From assembly GCA_000092065.1 (NCBI GenBank), contig CP000585.1: 64,000 nt of DNA. One strand, given 5' to 3'. The notes beneath the pieces were generated by a model, which saw only the letters and a program-made list of their open reading frames with translations, had not been told where the DNA came from and did no database searches. Made by a program: the position numbers and the translations under genes. The stretch comes from Ostreococcus lucimarinus (Eukaryota). Below, piece after piece: positions 44,301-51,079 of the stretch. Positions within the stretch are counted from its first letter, which is position 1; every line of letters begins with the position of its first letter.

Positions 44301-46834
44301 AGGATGGCATACCGGCATTTGAAGAAAACTTCTTCGACGATGATTCTGGAGTGCTCACAAAAGAAGACCAAGCCAAAGATGAAGACGGGATGCGAGGAGC
44401 CTATACGTGGGGGATGTTCAGTTCGGCGACGAACGATTTGTTGCGACAATTTAAAAGTTGTGCCGGGAGAGAGTGCAATCGCGATGATATCAGAGTCGAA
44501 ACGCTGTCGATGAGCAACACATCTTTCGGCGAAGACTACTTACTTTGGAACACAAATGACGCACCTGATGTGTCGCGGAGGGTCGTGGCGTCCTTCACGG
44601 GTGGACAAGCTGCTACGGGTATGAATGTGACGACGAACGTGAACGCTACAGACGGTGTACCCGACAAGGGGACGTTATTATTGACGTTCGGCGGCGGTGG
44701 TCACACCGCAGATTATTCATTTTCTTCGAATGAAAAGATTGCAGATCTTCACACCAGCCTCGGTGTTCAACTGTCAGCAAAGCAGTCCAACAAATACAAA
44801 CTCAAACTCGGAGGCTTGCTCGGCTCGACCGTTCAACTTGCCATGGCGCTCGGCGGGGTGGACGATGAGGCTGTCTATACCTTCAAAAAGTCATTCGCTG
44901 AAGATCGAACGTTCGCTTGGAACAGACACGCCTCTCTGAAAACGTTGTACAGTCTAGGTGACGCTCAACTCGGAGATAAGTTTGTCGTGCAGGTTGGAGA
45001 AGACGTGCGCTTTGGTACGCCGGTGTTCATCACAAAGGGTGGCAGAAGCTCGTGTCCCGGTGAACCTTTGACGATGTTTCGACAGGCGGGCTTTTCCTTA
45101 TCCAAAGAAACTTCGTTTAACGAAAATCTGAATCCTGATGAAAGTGCTTTGTTACACTTGAAATTGACCAACGAGTCGCCGTACAAGGAAACGTTTCCGC
45201 TCGGAATGCGCATTGTTGACGGTCTCGTGATGTCGGTCCACAAAGTGATTCAGGACATGTACGAAACGCTGGCCAAGGAAGACGTGACAGGGTTGGACGT
45301 TTTGAAAGCCGTCGATAATTCGATCGCGTCGCTCGCTATCGGGAAAGATGCCGACGTCATCAAAACAATGAAAGAAAACGCGCGAGTGGCCGTGGAAGAA
45401 CACTCGGCGACAGCAGTGGACGTCGCAGCGGTGGTTGTACAAGCCTCGCGGAGAGCTCCACCAACGTTTGAAGACTTGCAGAACATCGAGTTCAGTATGG
45501 GTGGAGAGGAAGTATACTTTGGCGACGTATTACCTCTAAAATTTGTGGACGGTGAAGATTTGAAAGTTCAGAAGAAGGTACTTGAGACGTCTTTCGCGCT
45601 TACCGTGACGGCTGCGAGCCCGTCGAGTCTTCGACTGGAGCACGTCGCCGTCGTCGTCATGAGTTTATGCGAACACGAAATCAGCCTAATGTCAAAGTTC
45701 GGTCGAGAACCGATCAGCACGAACACTCTTCCGCTAGGATTGATGACGTGGAATCAAAAGTGTCCGAAAGTCGCCTTCGACGGTTCCACAGTGGCGGATT
45801 ACTTGTTCTCGAGCGTCTCATCTGCCACGCCCAAGCCACTCAAGTTGACCGTCTTCAATCCGGACGGAGCTTTGTTATGGCCTGGCTCTTCGGATGACGT
45901 CCGAGCTATCAACCCGAATCTTCGATTCGTTCGGTTGCAATATCGTCCCGCGAGCGGCGGCGAATGGATCACGGCAAAGTCTGAAGACAGCGATCCAAAG
46001 TTCAGTTACAAGAAAAACCTGTTATGCGACGGGTCACGTCTCGGTGGTTGCACTTTTGACTGGGACGTCAATAACCAGTACGAAAAGCTTCTCAGTGGCT
46101 TTAAGGATAACATTTACGAGTTGAGATTGAAGAACTTTTGCTTTGGCACGGAAAGTCGTCCGATCAGCGCCTTGGCGGACAGCACCGTTCACGAGTACGT
46201 CTCTGATCAAATCCTCACGCTCAGAGTGGACACCAAGACGCCGATTCCCGGCAGGTCGTATCCTTCGTTCAAGCGATTTTACACTGTCGAGTTCCCCGAA
46301 GCGATCGACTGCTCGGATCAAAAAGTTGCCATCACGAAGAAACGCGCATCCTGCGGAGACGACGGGCAAAGCGTCAATCAAGCCGTGAGCGAAGACGCAA
46401 TCAAGTCAGGCTTTGACTTCCAATGCTCCAATAACGAGGTTGGCTTCAAGTGGATGGTTGGATTTCCTAACACTGAAGTGGGTCAGTACGCCGTCGAAGT
46501 GAGCGGTGTTCGTGACGAAGCCGGGAACGCCGCCGCGCCGTTTACCTTCGTCATGGACGCGAACTGCGCGTCTTCTCAAAAGCTGTCCCTCGCGCGCTTC
46601 GGTCTAGGCGCGAAGAAACGGTCGACTGAGGAAACGGGCGATGTGCCAACGAGTGCATTTGACGTTCCAATCACATCGATGCCCGGCACGTGGGTTCTCG
46701 CGGGGTGCTGCCTCGTCGCCGTCTTCGCCGTCGTCGTCGGCGTTTTCCGTCGCGCGCCGCGCGTCGAGGACAAGGAAAAATCTCCACTCTCCTTTGTCGC
46801 CCGTCGACACCCGCCGTACGGCGCGGTGGTGTAA
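35324..46834 (+). CDS. giant secreted/TM-anchored mosaic protein: signal peptide, 3 kringle domains, TSP1 repeats, polyproline (SPPP)n spacers, EF-hand pair, C-terminal TM anchor. Single exon, 3,836 aa.
   Basis: ATG 35324 followed by MRRWRCVDAVVVGAALMLMATVTSALSA. Kringles with CRNPDGEPTIWCYTT..RWEYCDP at three places. TSP1-like WGQWSNECTPTCTSGRRYR and CSAKCGWGKRQKT. PPPPPPPPPPGAAE and SPPPSPPPSPPPSPPPSPPPPPPPSPPPPN. EF-hand-like DFDGSGNVMRSELVDYIE and DRDEDGVLDATEFKDVV. TM near the C-terminus WVLAGCCLVAVFAVVVGVF followed by RRAPR. Confidence 0.8.
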   Translation: MRRWRCVDAVVVGAALMLMATVTSALSARGAGAHRDAEGEGDVGGVVDDAADASRGANETAGNDATAALGWGCDETLRGWRDEGYRGCQTRTRNGRTCQQWDSQSPHGHSRRNCAKGSCGRGNNYCRNPDGEPTIWCYTTNRNVRWEYCDPLPQPVHCAGRWGSYTSCDALCGSGRKYKTYTVTRNAQHGGRSCSYSNGAKHYADCTTSCAAPTVSIGNPLTRVASNTVDFGLSVKHSVACGGDCLTSAWSRRWMVKIFATVRKDGVSCSSYGAYLPCKRWDDFRDDTTHPSQLLGLTTDTGALDPGTYVIEYVAVLNHYITKQELSRTTGTHTFSIERGCESILPSASSDSGVENSELTKYVLLSADDFVRAPCDKLHDVRESIFRKYDTNPTDGVLDYDELDRAIREQGGDGYILKVWNQIRPLRLSLGHFMEAIVAPHTCASSESVQSVSFKSVVYPSTEAGRETTRKDCAKNAGAMAVDWGYGPKNPPKSGDTVCVFVDGVLFQVNEPKNTAPPHSKDHHSEVAGLWTLTKITDKRPVVGAIGDVQPSLVAQFTFDTEREIGDTVRSDRIFSAAPLASGEKARPYISYSGQHISACSGASGGQCIVARGDGFNYVGDSLGGAVAFSAWVRVAESSATTLIEFSGTDGQLRNSFTLVMDCSSSACTLRASYDSVGTGGNLAKKEISAPMRQWVLVGFTLSHNAGLKLFALPDDSTSTTTASHPSWPKDTLPKLPNIKLFSASRGGGQQHIDDVRLYAGVMDMEMFFIARDCGRGTLCAMRAHATPSHRRVVCVFTQVKGAKTGQPACAGALYYDGTAIDVRASMDLAGVFFEFRDTAWEEKSFEIERRAPAVNGNFDSKFDTVVLIEGGLKGCAAKFSSITYIDRDASYTPYSEWLYRITTKNPDSDDANEITYLLSPQLTFRTPWMSQIEGRVLAGASTEGVRNVRMCAEFDTFVTRTPATEDFQADVEYENLAAFKSVTHSNRAQTSTSYVVTDGDDAGKSSNVDANEHIRINLGSWASVSTVEVCHKRLESSATSMFSAHVQDYDPGKSTYFGHDCLMDSVRDVCDETLRGQGGIGYRGCQTKTRSGRTCQQWDSQSPHGHSNRNCAKGSCGNNYCRNPDGAPTIWCYTTDRYKRWEYCDPDPLPHACLTYTCKGTDVNSFHGQYVTVKALTKAQVTEIKVNGRKTKCKYTAVTDDDGEYAMDLKDTSGKLPVKATLHIGAYKEEIFPETTEVLIDSKRNAQGQYPVPKSQAHNVLLILRENFETSELGMLRNDRRTETTSSPHASANGVYVDEFAAMQELGYDEFENADEFENGLQNDQTEYDVHHDGGNETAGNNTTAALGWGCDETLRGWRHEGYRGCQTRTRSGRTCQQWDSQSPHRHSRRNCAKGSCGNNYCRNPDGEPTIWCYTTDRRKRWEYCNPLPQPVNCYGYWGQWSNECTPTCTSGRRYRWRYYRISRYPRHGGLSCSYKNGQKGWGYCPPKPCPVNCDGRFGSWSTCSAKCGWGKRQKTFTIHTAAAHGGQSCSHKNGYTVTENCYSQHCPPPPPPPPPPGAAEVEEFIEWVLLKGVESNRKGHVERTLTGSGWTAGAVSKRAIRGASDTVRGVSAVCKESTSQHRMIAMNSQSTADSTSYQSLDFAIYCFPWNSVSYVRVYERGKAFGNAAKAYSESAVVQIALNDAGKVEYFVDGLKLMTSDQTVTYPLHVDVSLHEQGASLEDVRWTRRVSSPPPSPPPSPPPSPPPSPPPPPPPSPPPPNHELEDVDFDGSGNVMRSELVDYIEAITISSEGGHVIITDDVWAKLDRDEDGVLDATEFKDVVNRIEAQQLVVEPIIVFPLQDAQYMYDFSMFQTSDDAANSGPRTGHVLEGGESCENLMIVRSRSATLPFGNAQWTKFYETLRDEQHRFECRNLSKIEVPAIDVGAVDSTYVIPVLAHKNGTNYLILDTTSVAVHTSNETKALDMMHRMTRDNFRLRVQAQKRLPDILHSFNKPPVPRGALPEAPSDEEIVEQVFSDQVALDRVTLSVKHKRVEEKDFTDDTTVIVNGAVLFPRDLVEQSNDCGLFKATIEVFEPEGEVEEYHTDERGFFKFALTRGKTFNIRPKYKNHTICYAGKTIENAVEDVHTCKGRSVVKTLPNVQDGNFVFFTDVTRGVIDLGLYHGECERRYSGAVFKITPINGCHAPKFVKSEEVEGWNVANTGMSEDAKFWPFAAMDYSIKLVSGPDVNGIQPLIENEPWADGCGTEPGSMVAFFRSRNAHERMAAMRDDYDLVTIRYKYHGYICVEIVDIPKIRDPLEVCYDPNEADGNLTIQHFLGTTTSEDLGSVSGQILLQAKVFELHLDQVDGEPVLSKCFEALPNKEAQTGSTLLSFRQSVTDEDDNECHPNRGGGPLCDFDTTIEPASELVIWNTDGDTSVEVVAGTPNLAGNHRRTVEFTIKRFDTYKLVTAYAKRELIPLGSKPRGEGLFGPDSDDVYWATVPLEGLVYTVVHDPPGGLSYAELSTGSQIGLQFDLVGKRMASEGKGGASKKQLPEIDKSVDVGFNAGWIAEGSLSTDLHLISSKGEFKTKTDGPTMRITSKEDKGWSLETTTERTIRSSKDAGTPGRAGDVILGGGIELVYKISDILDVVNDVRTLKKPCLYVYGEITWLPRKPTSYIMSVASIETQVMPNLYYLRTLVQEGGIEADGSEMFYDCASGATSKEMTKCTKEDQIEAWMQYLDNKIDLWRRTLEWSSPKVFTIDEGGVKTKFYEAIERITKPASDGGFMHTNYKVQVEQFKKAYARPIKDIIEEVGSAWDSSFFMMPFNGIGPPPFFDDPRVIGGVDWMLDSRYWEYGKGDTATYSRIRGITPRTDSDARIAAFASLDAIVNTGGIIDTVTKNLDAPKKLAARRKAAAAAAAKISKSYAAKQRLLKAASKWKSLAKKPPPGFITRSAQKLTAAKNMATKAAKTTAGQVAGAILLSAAVAGAVAAGPAMDQMGYKYAAYPRKYYEDGIPAFEENFFDDDSGVLTKEDQAKDEDGMRGAYTWGMFSSATNDLLRQFKSCAGRECNRDDIRVETLSMSNTSFGEDYLLWNTNDAPDVSRRVVASFTGGQAATGMNVTTNVNATDGVPDKGTLLLTFGGGGHTADYSFSSNEKIADLHTSLGVQLSAKQSNKYKLKLGGLLGSTVQLAMALGGVDDEAVYTFKKSFAEDRTFAWNRHASLKTLYSLGDAQLGDKFVVQVGEDVRFGTPVFITKGGRSSCPGEPLTMFRQAGFSLSKETSFNENLNPDESALLHLKLTNESPYKETFPLGMRIVDGLVMSVHKVIQDMYETLAKEDVTGLDVLKAVDNSIASLAIGKDADVIKTMKENARVAVEEHSATAVDVAAVVVQASRRAPPTFEDLQNIEFSMGGEEVYFGDVLPLKFVDGEDLKVQKKVLETSFALTVTAASPSSLRLEHVAVVVMSLCEHEISLMSKFGREPISTNTLPLGLMTWNQKCPKVAFDGSTVADYLFSSVSSATPKPLKLTVFNPDGALLWPGSSDDVRAINPNLRFVRLQYRPASGGEWITAKSEDSDPKFSYKKNLLCDGSRLGGCTFDWDVNNQYEKLLSGFKDNIYELRLKNFCFGTESRPISALADSTVHEYVSDQILTLRVDTKTPIPGRSYPSFKRFYTVEFPEAIDCSDQKVAITKKRASCGDDGQSVNQAVSEDAIKSGFDFQCSNNEVGFKWMVGFPNTEVGQYAVEVSGVRDEAGNAAAPFTFVMDANCASSQKLSLARFGLGAKKRSTEETGDVPTSAFDVPITSMPGTWVLAGCCLVAVFAVVVGVFRRAPRVEDKEKSPLSFVARRHPPYGAVV
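35507..35776 (+). repeat. kringle-encoding repeat copy 1 (near-identical at nucleotide level to copies 2 and 3)
   Basis: gctcggctggggatgcgacgagacgctccgagggtggagagacgaagggtatcgagggtgccagacgaggacgagg...aacaactactgcagaaatcctgacggcgaacccacgatctggtgctacacgacg. Confidence 0.8.
38536..38766 (+). repeat. kringle-encoding repeat copy 2
   Basis: Same block with a few substitutions (gccaggga..., gacggcgcaccc). Antisense ORF 38432..38644 repeats the MPVGRLRIPLLTRA antisense ORF artefact. Confidence 0.8.
39343..39606 (+). repeat. kringle-encoding repeat copy 3, followed by TSP1 repeats
   Basis: Near-identical to copy 1, including the preceding gacggcgggaac...cgacggccgcgctcggctgggga. Confidence 0.8.
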
Positions 46835-46944
46835 ACGACGGCACAACACCACCGAAGCGGTCGTTCCCGAGATCATCACGAACGACGAATTTTGATTATA
46901 ATTTCCATGAAAACAAATTTTTACGACTTCACTCCGCGGGCGCG

Positions 46945-47946
46945 ATGATTCGAATCGTCACTCGCGCGCGCGACGCGGCGGCGTCGATGGGCGACGGCGC
47001 GACGACGACGACGACGCACCGGTTCGAGCGACGCGGTCTCGTCTTCGACGCGCGCGTGCGGCACGACGCCGAGGCGCGCGCGCTCGACGTCGCGCTGCGT
47101 CGCACCGACCGCGCGCGCGCGACGACGACGCGGTACGCGGGCGCGTTCGACGGCGCGTGGATCGAGCGCGTCGCGAACCGCGCGCGCGCGGCGACTTTCG
47201 ATCGACTTCGAATCGTCGACGGCGAGCGTCGCGCGCGGTCGGAGGCGGAGGCGGAGGCGGTGGGGCGGTTGGCGCGGGCGCTGCGACGAGGGATGGACGG
47301 CGGCGACGACGCGAGCGCGGCGGACGCGATGAGCGAAAAGACGCTGCGGCGGTTGCGGGACGGGCAAGACGCGGACGACGACGATGGCGTCGAGACGCGG
47401 TACGTGTTGATCGCGACGGAGATCGCGGAGGATGGGACGCGGACGCGCGTGCCGTTGCCGCTGGACCGCGTCGACGCGCGAATCGCGGCGGCGGCGGCGC
47501 GGTCGGGGAGGGACGAGACGAAAGCGAACGAGGACGCGGCGGCGCGGCTGAGGGATGCGTTGAGGGCCACGACGCGGGAGCGCGATGAGATGCGGCGCGC
47601 GTTGGAGCGACGAGCGAAGGCGCAGACCAGGGCGGCGTTGAAGGCGCAGGCGGCGGAGGCGAAGACGAAGGCGAAAATCGTCGAGCTCGAGGCGGAAAAC
47701 GAAGCGTTGCGCGAGAACGAAACGAAATTGAAGGTTAAAGTGCGCGATCTCGGGGCGACGTTGAAGTCGATACAGCGCACGCGAGGTGGCGCGGCGATCG
47801 CGGCGGCGCCGGTCGTCGGCCGCCGCGTCGTCGCGTCGCCGCCGCGACGCTCCTTCGTCGACGCCGGGGACGAAATGCTCGATGAAATCGACGCGAGATT
47901 GCACTCGCTGCAGACATTTCTGGCGCGCGCGAAGGACACGAAATGA
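46945..47946 (+). CDS. hypothetical coiled-coil protein (globular N-terminal about 110 aa, then long charged helix)
   Basis: ORF 46690..47946. Start at MIRIVTRARD (ATG 46945), downstream of the giant gene's stop. C-terminal heptad-like KAQAAEAKTKAKIVELEAENEALRENETKLKVKV. Confidence 0.45.
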   Translation: MIRIVTRARDAAASMGDGATTTTTHRFERRGLVFDARVRHDAEARALDVALRRTDRARATTTRYAGAFDGAWIERVANRARAATFDRLRIVDGERRARSEAEAEAVGRLARALRRGMDGGDDASAADAMSEKTLRRLRDGQDADDDDGVETRYVLIATEIAEDGTRTRVPLPLDRVDARIAAAAARSGRDETKANEDAAARLRDALRATTRERDEMRRALERRAKAQTRAALKAQAAEAKTKAKIVELEAENEALRENETKLKVKVRDLGATLKSIQRTRGGAAIAAAPVVGRRVVASPPRRSFVDAGDEMLDEIDARLHSLQTFLARAKDTK

Positions 47947-48022
47947 TTAGATTAGACTACTAGTGTGAATTAGAGACGGCGACAAAATGATGCTAAGCTA
48001 AACGCTACTGTACGTGCTACGT

Positions 48023-50149
48023 TTACGCGAGTCGTTCGCGGCGCTCGCGCTTCGGTCTCTCCGCCGCCTGTCGCTTCGGGAGCTCGCGATCGAAAACGTC
48101 GTCCCACGACTCTCCACGATGCCGTCCACAAAGAATTTTCACCACGGCGTCGATGTTGAGGACGGTGTGCGTTTGCTCGGGCCTGTGTTCGCGAATGGGT
48201 AATCGCGCGCATCGAAACGAACTCGCGTTCGCTCGCGTCAGGCTCGTCCGCATCCCTCGCGTCGCTAAATCGACGATGCCTCCGACCACGTACACCTTAC
48301 TCGCGTCCACTTCATCCAAAACCTCGGAAGCGTCCGGCGACATGTACACGACGTCGCGCGCGTCGAACGCCTCCTCAACGCTTCGCGGGTCCATCTTCAC
48401 CGAAGACCATCGATCGCTGAAGAAAAACTCTCGCGACTCTTCCGCGATGGGACCGCTGAAGTCACAATACGTCATCGCGAGTGCGTCTTCGCGGTGCGCG
48501 ATGCCGACGCACTCGCAGAGCTGCTTCGCCACGCTGCGTCTCGCTCGCGTGGAATCTTGCTCGTACGAGACGTCCACGGCCACGCGCAAGGCGTCCGGGT
48601 TACTAAACCGTTCCGATAGTTCGACGTTGGACTTCTTCTTCGACTTCTTTTCCCATTGCTTCTCGCTCTTGCCCGCGGCGTTCGCGAGCGCGTCTTCGAC
48701 GGTGAACGCGACGCTCGGCTCGAGCGGCGCCGTCGCCGTCGATCCGAGCGCCGTCGTCATGAACGATTTACCGAATCTGCACAAGCTCACCTCGGTGACG
48801 TTCTCGTACCCCAAAGCGCGCATTTCGTGCGCGATGGGAACACCGCTGATGAAGACGTGCCTCTCGGCGACGTCGCGAAACTTTTCAAGCGCGGGCGCGT
48901 ACTCGGACGCGCTCGCGCCCGGCGCGCTTCTCCCGTCGCCGTCGCCGCCGCCGAGCGCGACGCGGCGACCGAACGGTAAATTCGCGACGAGCGCGCGCAC
49001 GCGCTTACCTTTGCACCCGTACGCATCGTCAAAAGCACCAGGAACCAAAGCGTCGCGCTCGATCACGTTCGGCATCGCCGATGACTCGGGCGCGCGCGCG
49101 ACAAAGTGGCTGAGATTTTGCTTGGCCATGACGACGGCGCCCGGCGACACGTCGCCGCCCGCCGCGGCGAACCCACGCGTCCACGCCGCGTGGAGCATCG
49201 TTCCCGACCCACAACACGGATCGACGATGACGCTGTCACCGCTTCGAGCGTCGAACGCGCGCGGGTCGTGCGCTGAGGCGACGTTGACGCACGCGAGCGC
49301 GATTTCCGCGCGCGTCCCCGCGCTGAAATGCCGCGGCTTTCTCGCCCAATCCACCGCGCGCGCGCTCGGGCTCGACGGCGACGGCGCGTACGTCACCAAA
49401 CCGAACACGTACCCCCCCAAACCCTCCACCACCGCGAATCGCATCGCGTTCGACCGCTCGTCTCGCGAATCGTCGAGCCCGCGCGCGCTCCATCGCGCCA
49501 CGACGCCGCGAAATCGCCTCGACACCTCGTCGCTCGACATCCTCCTCGCGTTCCTCGCCACGCAGTCGTGATAAAACGCCACCGCGCGCGTCTCCACGCG
49601 CACTCTCATTCCCTCGACCGTCTCCAGCAGCTCCTCCGCGCTCGCCGCGCACGCCAACGGCATGATCTCCGCCCGCGTCCCCGCGCACGCCCGCGTCGTC
49701 CCGTCGCCGCCGTTCGCCGCCGCGAACATCCCCGCCTCCATCGCCCGCGCCGCCGGCCTCGTCACCGCCGCCACTTCGCACGCGTACGCGTTGTACAGAT
49801 TCTCGTTCTTGTGCGTCAGCACGATCCTCGGCGTCGTCGTCGTCGTCGTCTCGCGCTTCGTCGTCGTCCCGCCCGCGTCGTCCCTCGCCCACAGCCTCGC
49901 GCACGCCGCCGCGCCCTCGCGCGACGACAGCGCCCAGATCGCTAACACGTCGTCGTCGCACGCGCGTTCGCGGTCGTTCATTCGCACGCGGTCGCGCGCG
50001 CGCGCGAACTCGTCGTGGCGCGCGTCGACGATCGCCGTCGGTGGAAACCGCCCACCCTTCGAGCTCTTCGACGCGCGCGCGCGCACGCGACGACGCGCCG
50101 CGCGGGGCATCGACGCGCGTACGTACGATCGCGCCATCGATCGCGCCAT
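48023..50149 (-). CDS. bifunctional-looking tRNA methyltransferase: N-terminal class-I amino-MTase domain (Trm11/THUMPD/RlmL-like) fused to a C-terminal TRM10-type SPOUT m1G9 MTase domain
   Basis: ORF 48023..51043. N-terminal about 300 aa are Arg-rich and rejected. Start tentative at one of the Mets at 50149, 50137 or 50110. SAM motif I VIVDPCCGSGT and motif IV ALVANLPFG (NPPY-type). C-terminal AVDVSYEQD..VAKQLCEC, DVVYMSPDASEVLDEVDASKVYVVGGIVD, CARLPI and VLNIDAVVKIL collinear with TRMT10A. Confidence 0.62.
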   Translation of the reverse strand: MARSMARSYVRASMPRAARRRVRARASKSSKGGRFPPTAIVDARHDEFARARDRVRMNDRERACDDDVLAIWALSSREGAAACARLWARDDAGGTTTKRETTTTTTPRIVLTHKNENLYNAYACEVAAVTRPAARAMEAGMFAAANGGDGTTRACAGTRAEIMPLACAASAEELLETVEGMRVRVETRAVAFYHDCVARNARRMSSDEVSRRFRGVVARWSARGLDDSRDERSNAMRFAVVEGLGGYVFGLVTYAPSPSSPSARAVDWARKPRHFSAGTRAEIALACVNVASAHDPRAFDARSGDSVIVDPCCGSGTMLHAAWTRGFAAAGGDVSPGAVVMAKQNLSHFVARAPESSAMPNVIERDALVPGAFDDAYGCKGKRVRALVANLPFGRRVALGGGDGDGRSAPGASASEYAPALEKFRDVAERHVFISGVPIAHEMRALGYENVTEVSLCRFGKSFMTTALGSTATAPLEPSVAFTVEDALANAAGKSEKQWEKKSKKKSNVELSERFSNPDALRVAVDVSYEQDSTRARRSVAKQLCECVGIAHREDALAMTYCDFSGPIAEESREFFFSDRWSSVKMDPRSVEEAFDARDVVYMSPDASEVLDEVDASKVYVVGGIVDLATRGMRTSLTRANASSFRCARLPIREHRPEQTHTVLNIDAVVKILCGRHRGESWDDVFDRELPKRQAAERPKRERRERLA

Positions 50150-50218
50150 CGCGCGCGTCGCGCTGTCGCGTCGTCGCGCGCGGACGCGCGAATGAATCAT
50201 CGACCGCACTGCGCGCCG

Positions 50219-50536
50219 ATGTCGACGCGCAAACGCGAGCGAACCATCGCCGAGCTCGTCGCGCGGTACGAACGACAAGGGACGATCGTTCGCGACGCGC
50301 TCGACGCCGCGGCGCGCGTCGTGAGCGACGACGCGGGCGCGGAGGCGGTGGTGGAGGCGACGCGCGAGGCGACGCGCGAGGCGACGAAGCGACGGCGCGA
50401 GGACGCGCGCGAGGCGCGGGAGCGCGAGGGGGGGCACGCGACGGTGACGGTGACGTGCCCGAAGTGCGGACGGGGGGTCGGCGCGCGAAGGTTCGCGTGG
50501 CACCTCGAGCGGTGTCTCAGGGCGAACGCGGCGTGA
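50219..50536 (+). CDS. SGF11: SAGA-associated factor 11 (SGF11/ATXN7L3-type zinc finger) small protein
   Basis: Inside ORF 50015..50536. ATG 50219 (alternative 50192). C-terminal CPKCGRGVGARRFAWHLERCL matches the Sgf11 finger CPNCxRxIAASRFAPHLEKC. About 105 aa. Confidence 0.6.
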   Translation: MSTRKRERTIAELVARYERQGTIVRDALDAAARVVSDDAGAEAVVEATREATREATKRRREDAREAREREGGHATVTVTCPKCGRGVGARRFAWHLERCLRANAA

Positions 50537-51079
50537 GCGACGGCGAGCGACGGCGACGGCGAACGCGAGGACGAACGACGGGATGAAGGCGAAGGCGCCG
50601 CAGGCGCAGGGGATGCGATGGATGAAACGGTGTAAGCGCCGGGCGAAGGAACGGGCGCGGGCGCGCGCGGAGTGGGGAGAGGCGAACGGGGCGGACGCGC
50701 GAGCGGAGACGACGACGACGGAGACGACGGAGACGACGGAGACGGAGACGACGACGACGACGACGACGAGCGCGTTGGATCGAGCGTTGCAGAGCGGGAA
50801 GAAGAAGAATAAGGGTAAGGCGAAGAAGAAGGAGTCGTACGCGGTGCGCGCGGCGTCGACGGTGCGCGCGGGGGTGTCGAAGAAGCGCGACGGCGCGAAG
50901 ACGAGCGAGGCGACGGCGCCGAAGTACGCGAGCGGGAATCCGTTCGCGGCGCTCGCGATGGCTCGGAAGCGATGACGCGCGCGATTCGGATGGTTCGAAA
51001 GGTGCGATCGTCGCTGGGTGTAATTTATGGTACAACAATACAAACAAAACTGCGAGAATTTCGCGCCTTTTCGGCGTTT

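Noticed and set aside
46921-47939. Two minus-strand ORFs (327 and 336 aa)
   Set aside because: Antisense to the coiled-coil gene 46945..47946. Arg/Ser-rich with no domain.
48153-49961. Plus-strand 472-aa ORF and minus-strand 241-aa and 205-aa ORFs
   Set aside because: They overlap the tRNA-methyltransferase coding region in other frames or on the other strand. Low-complexity composition.
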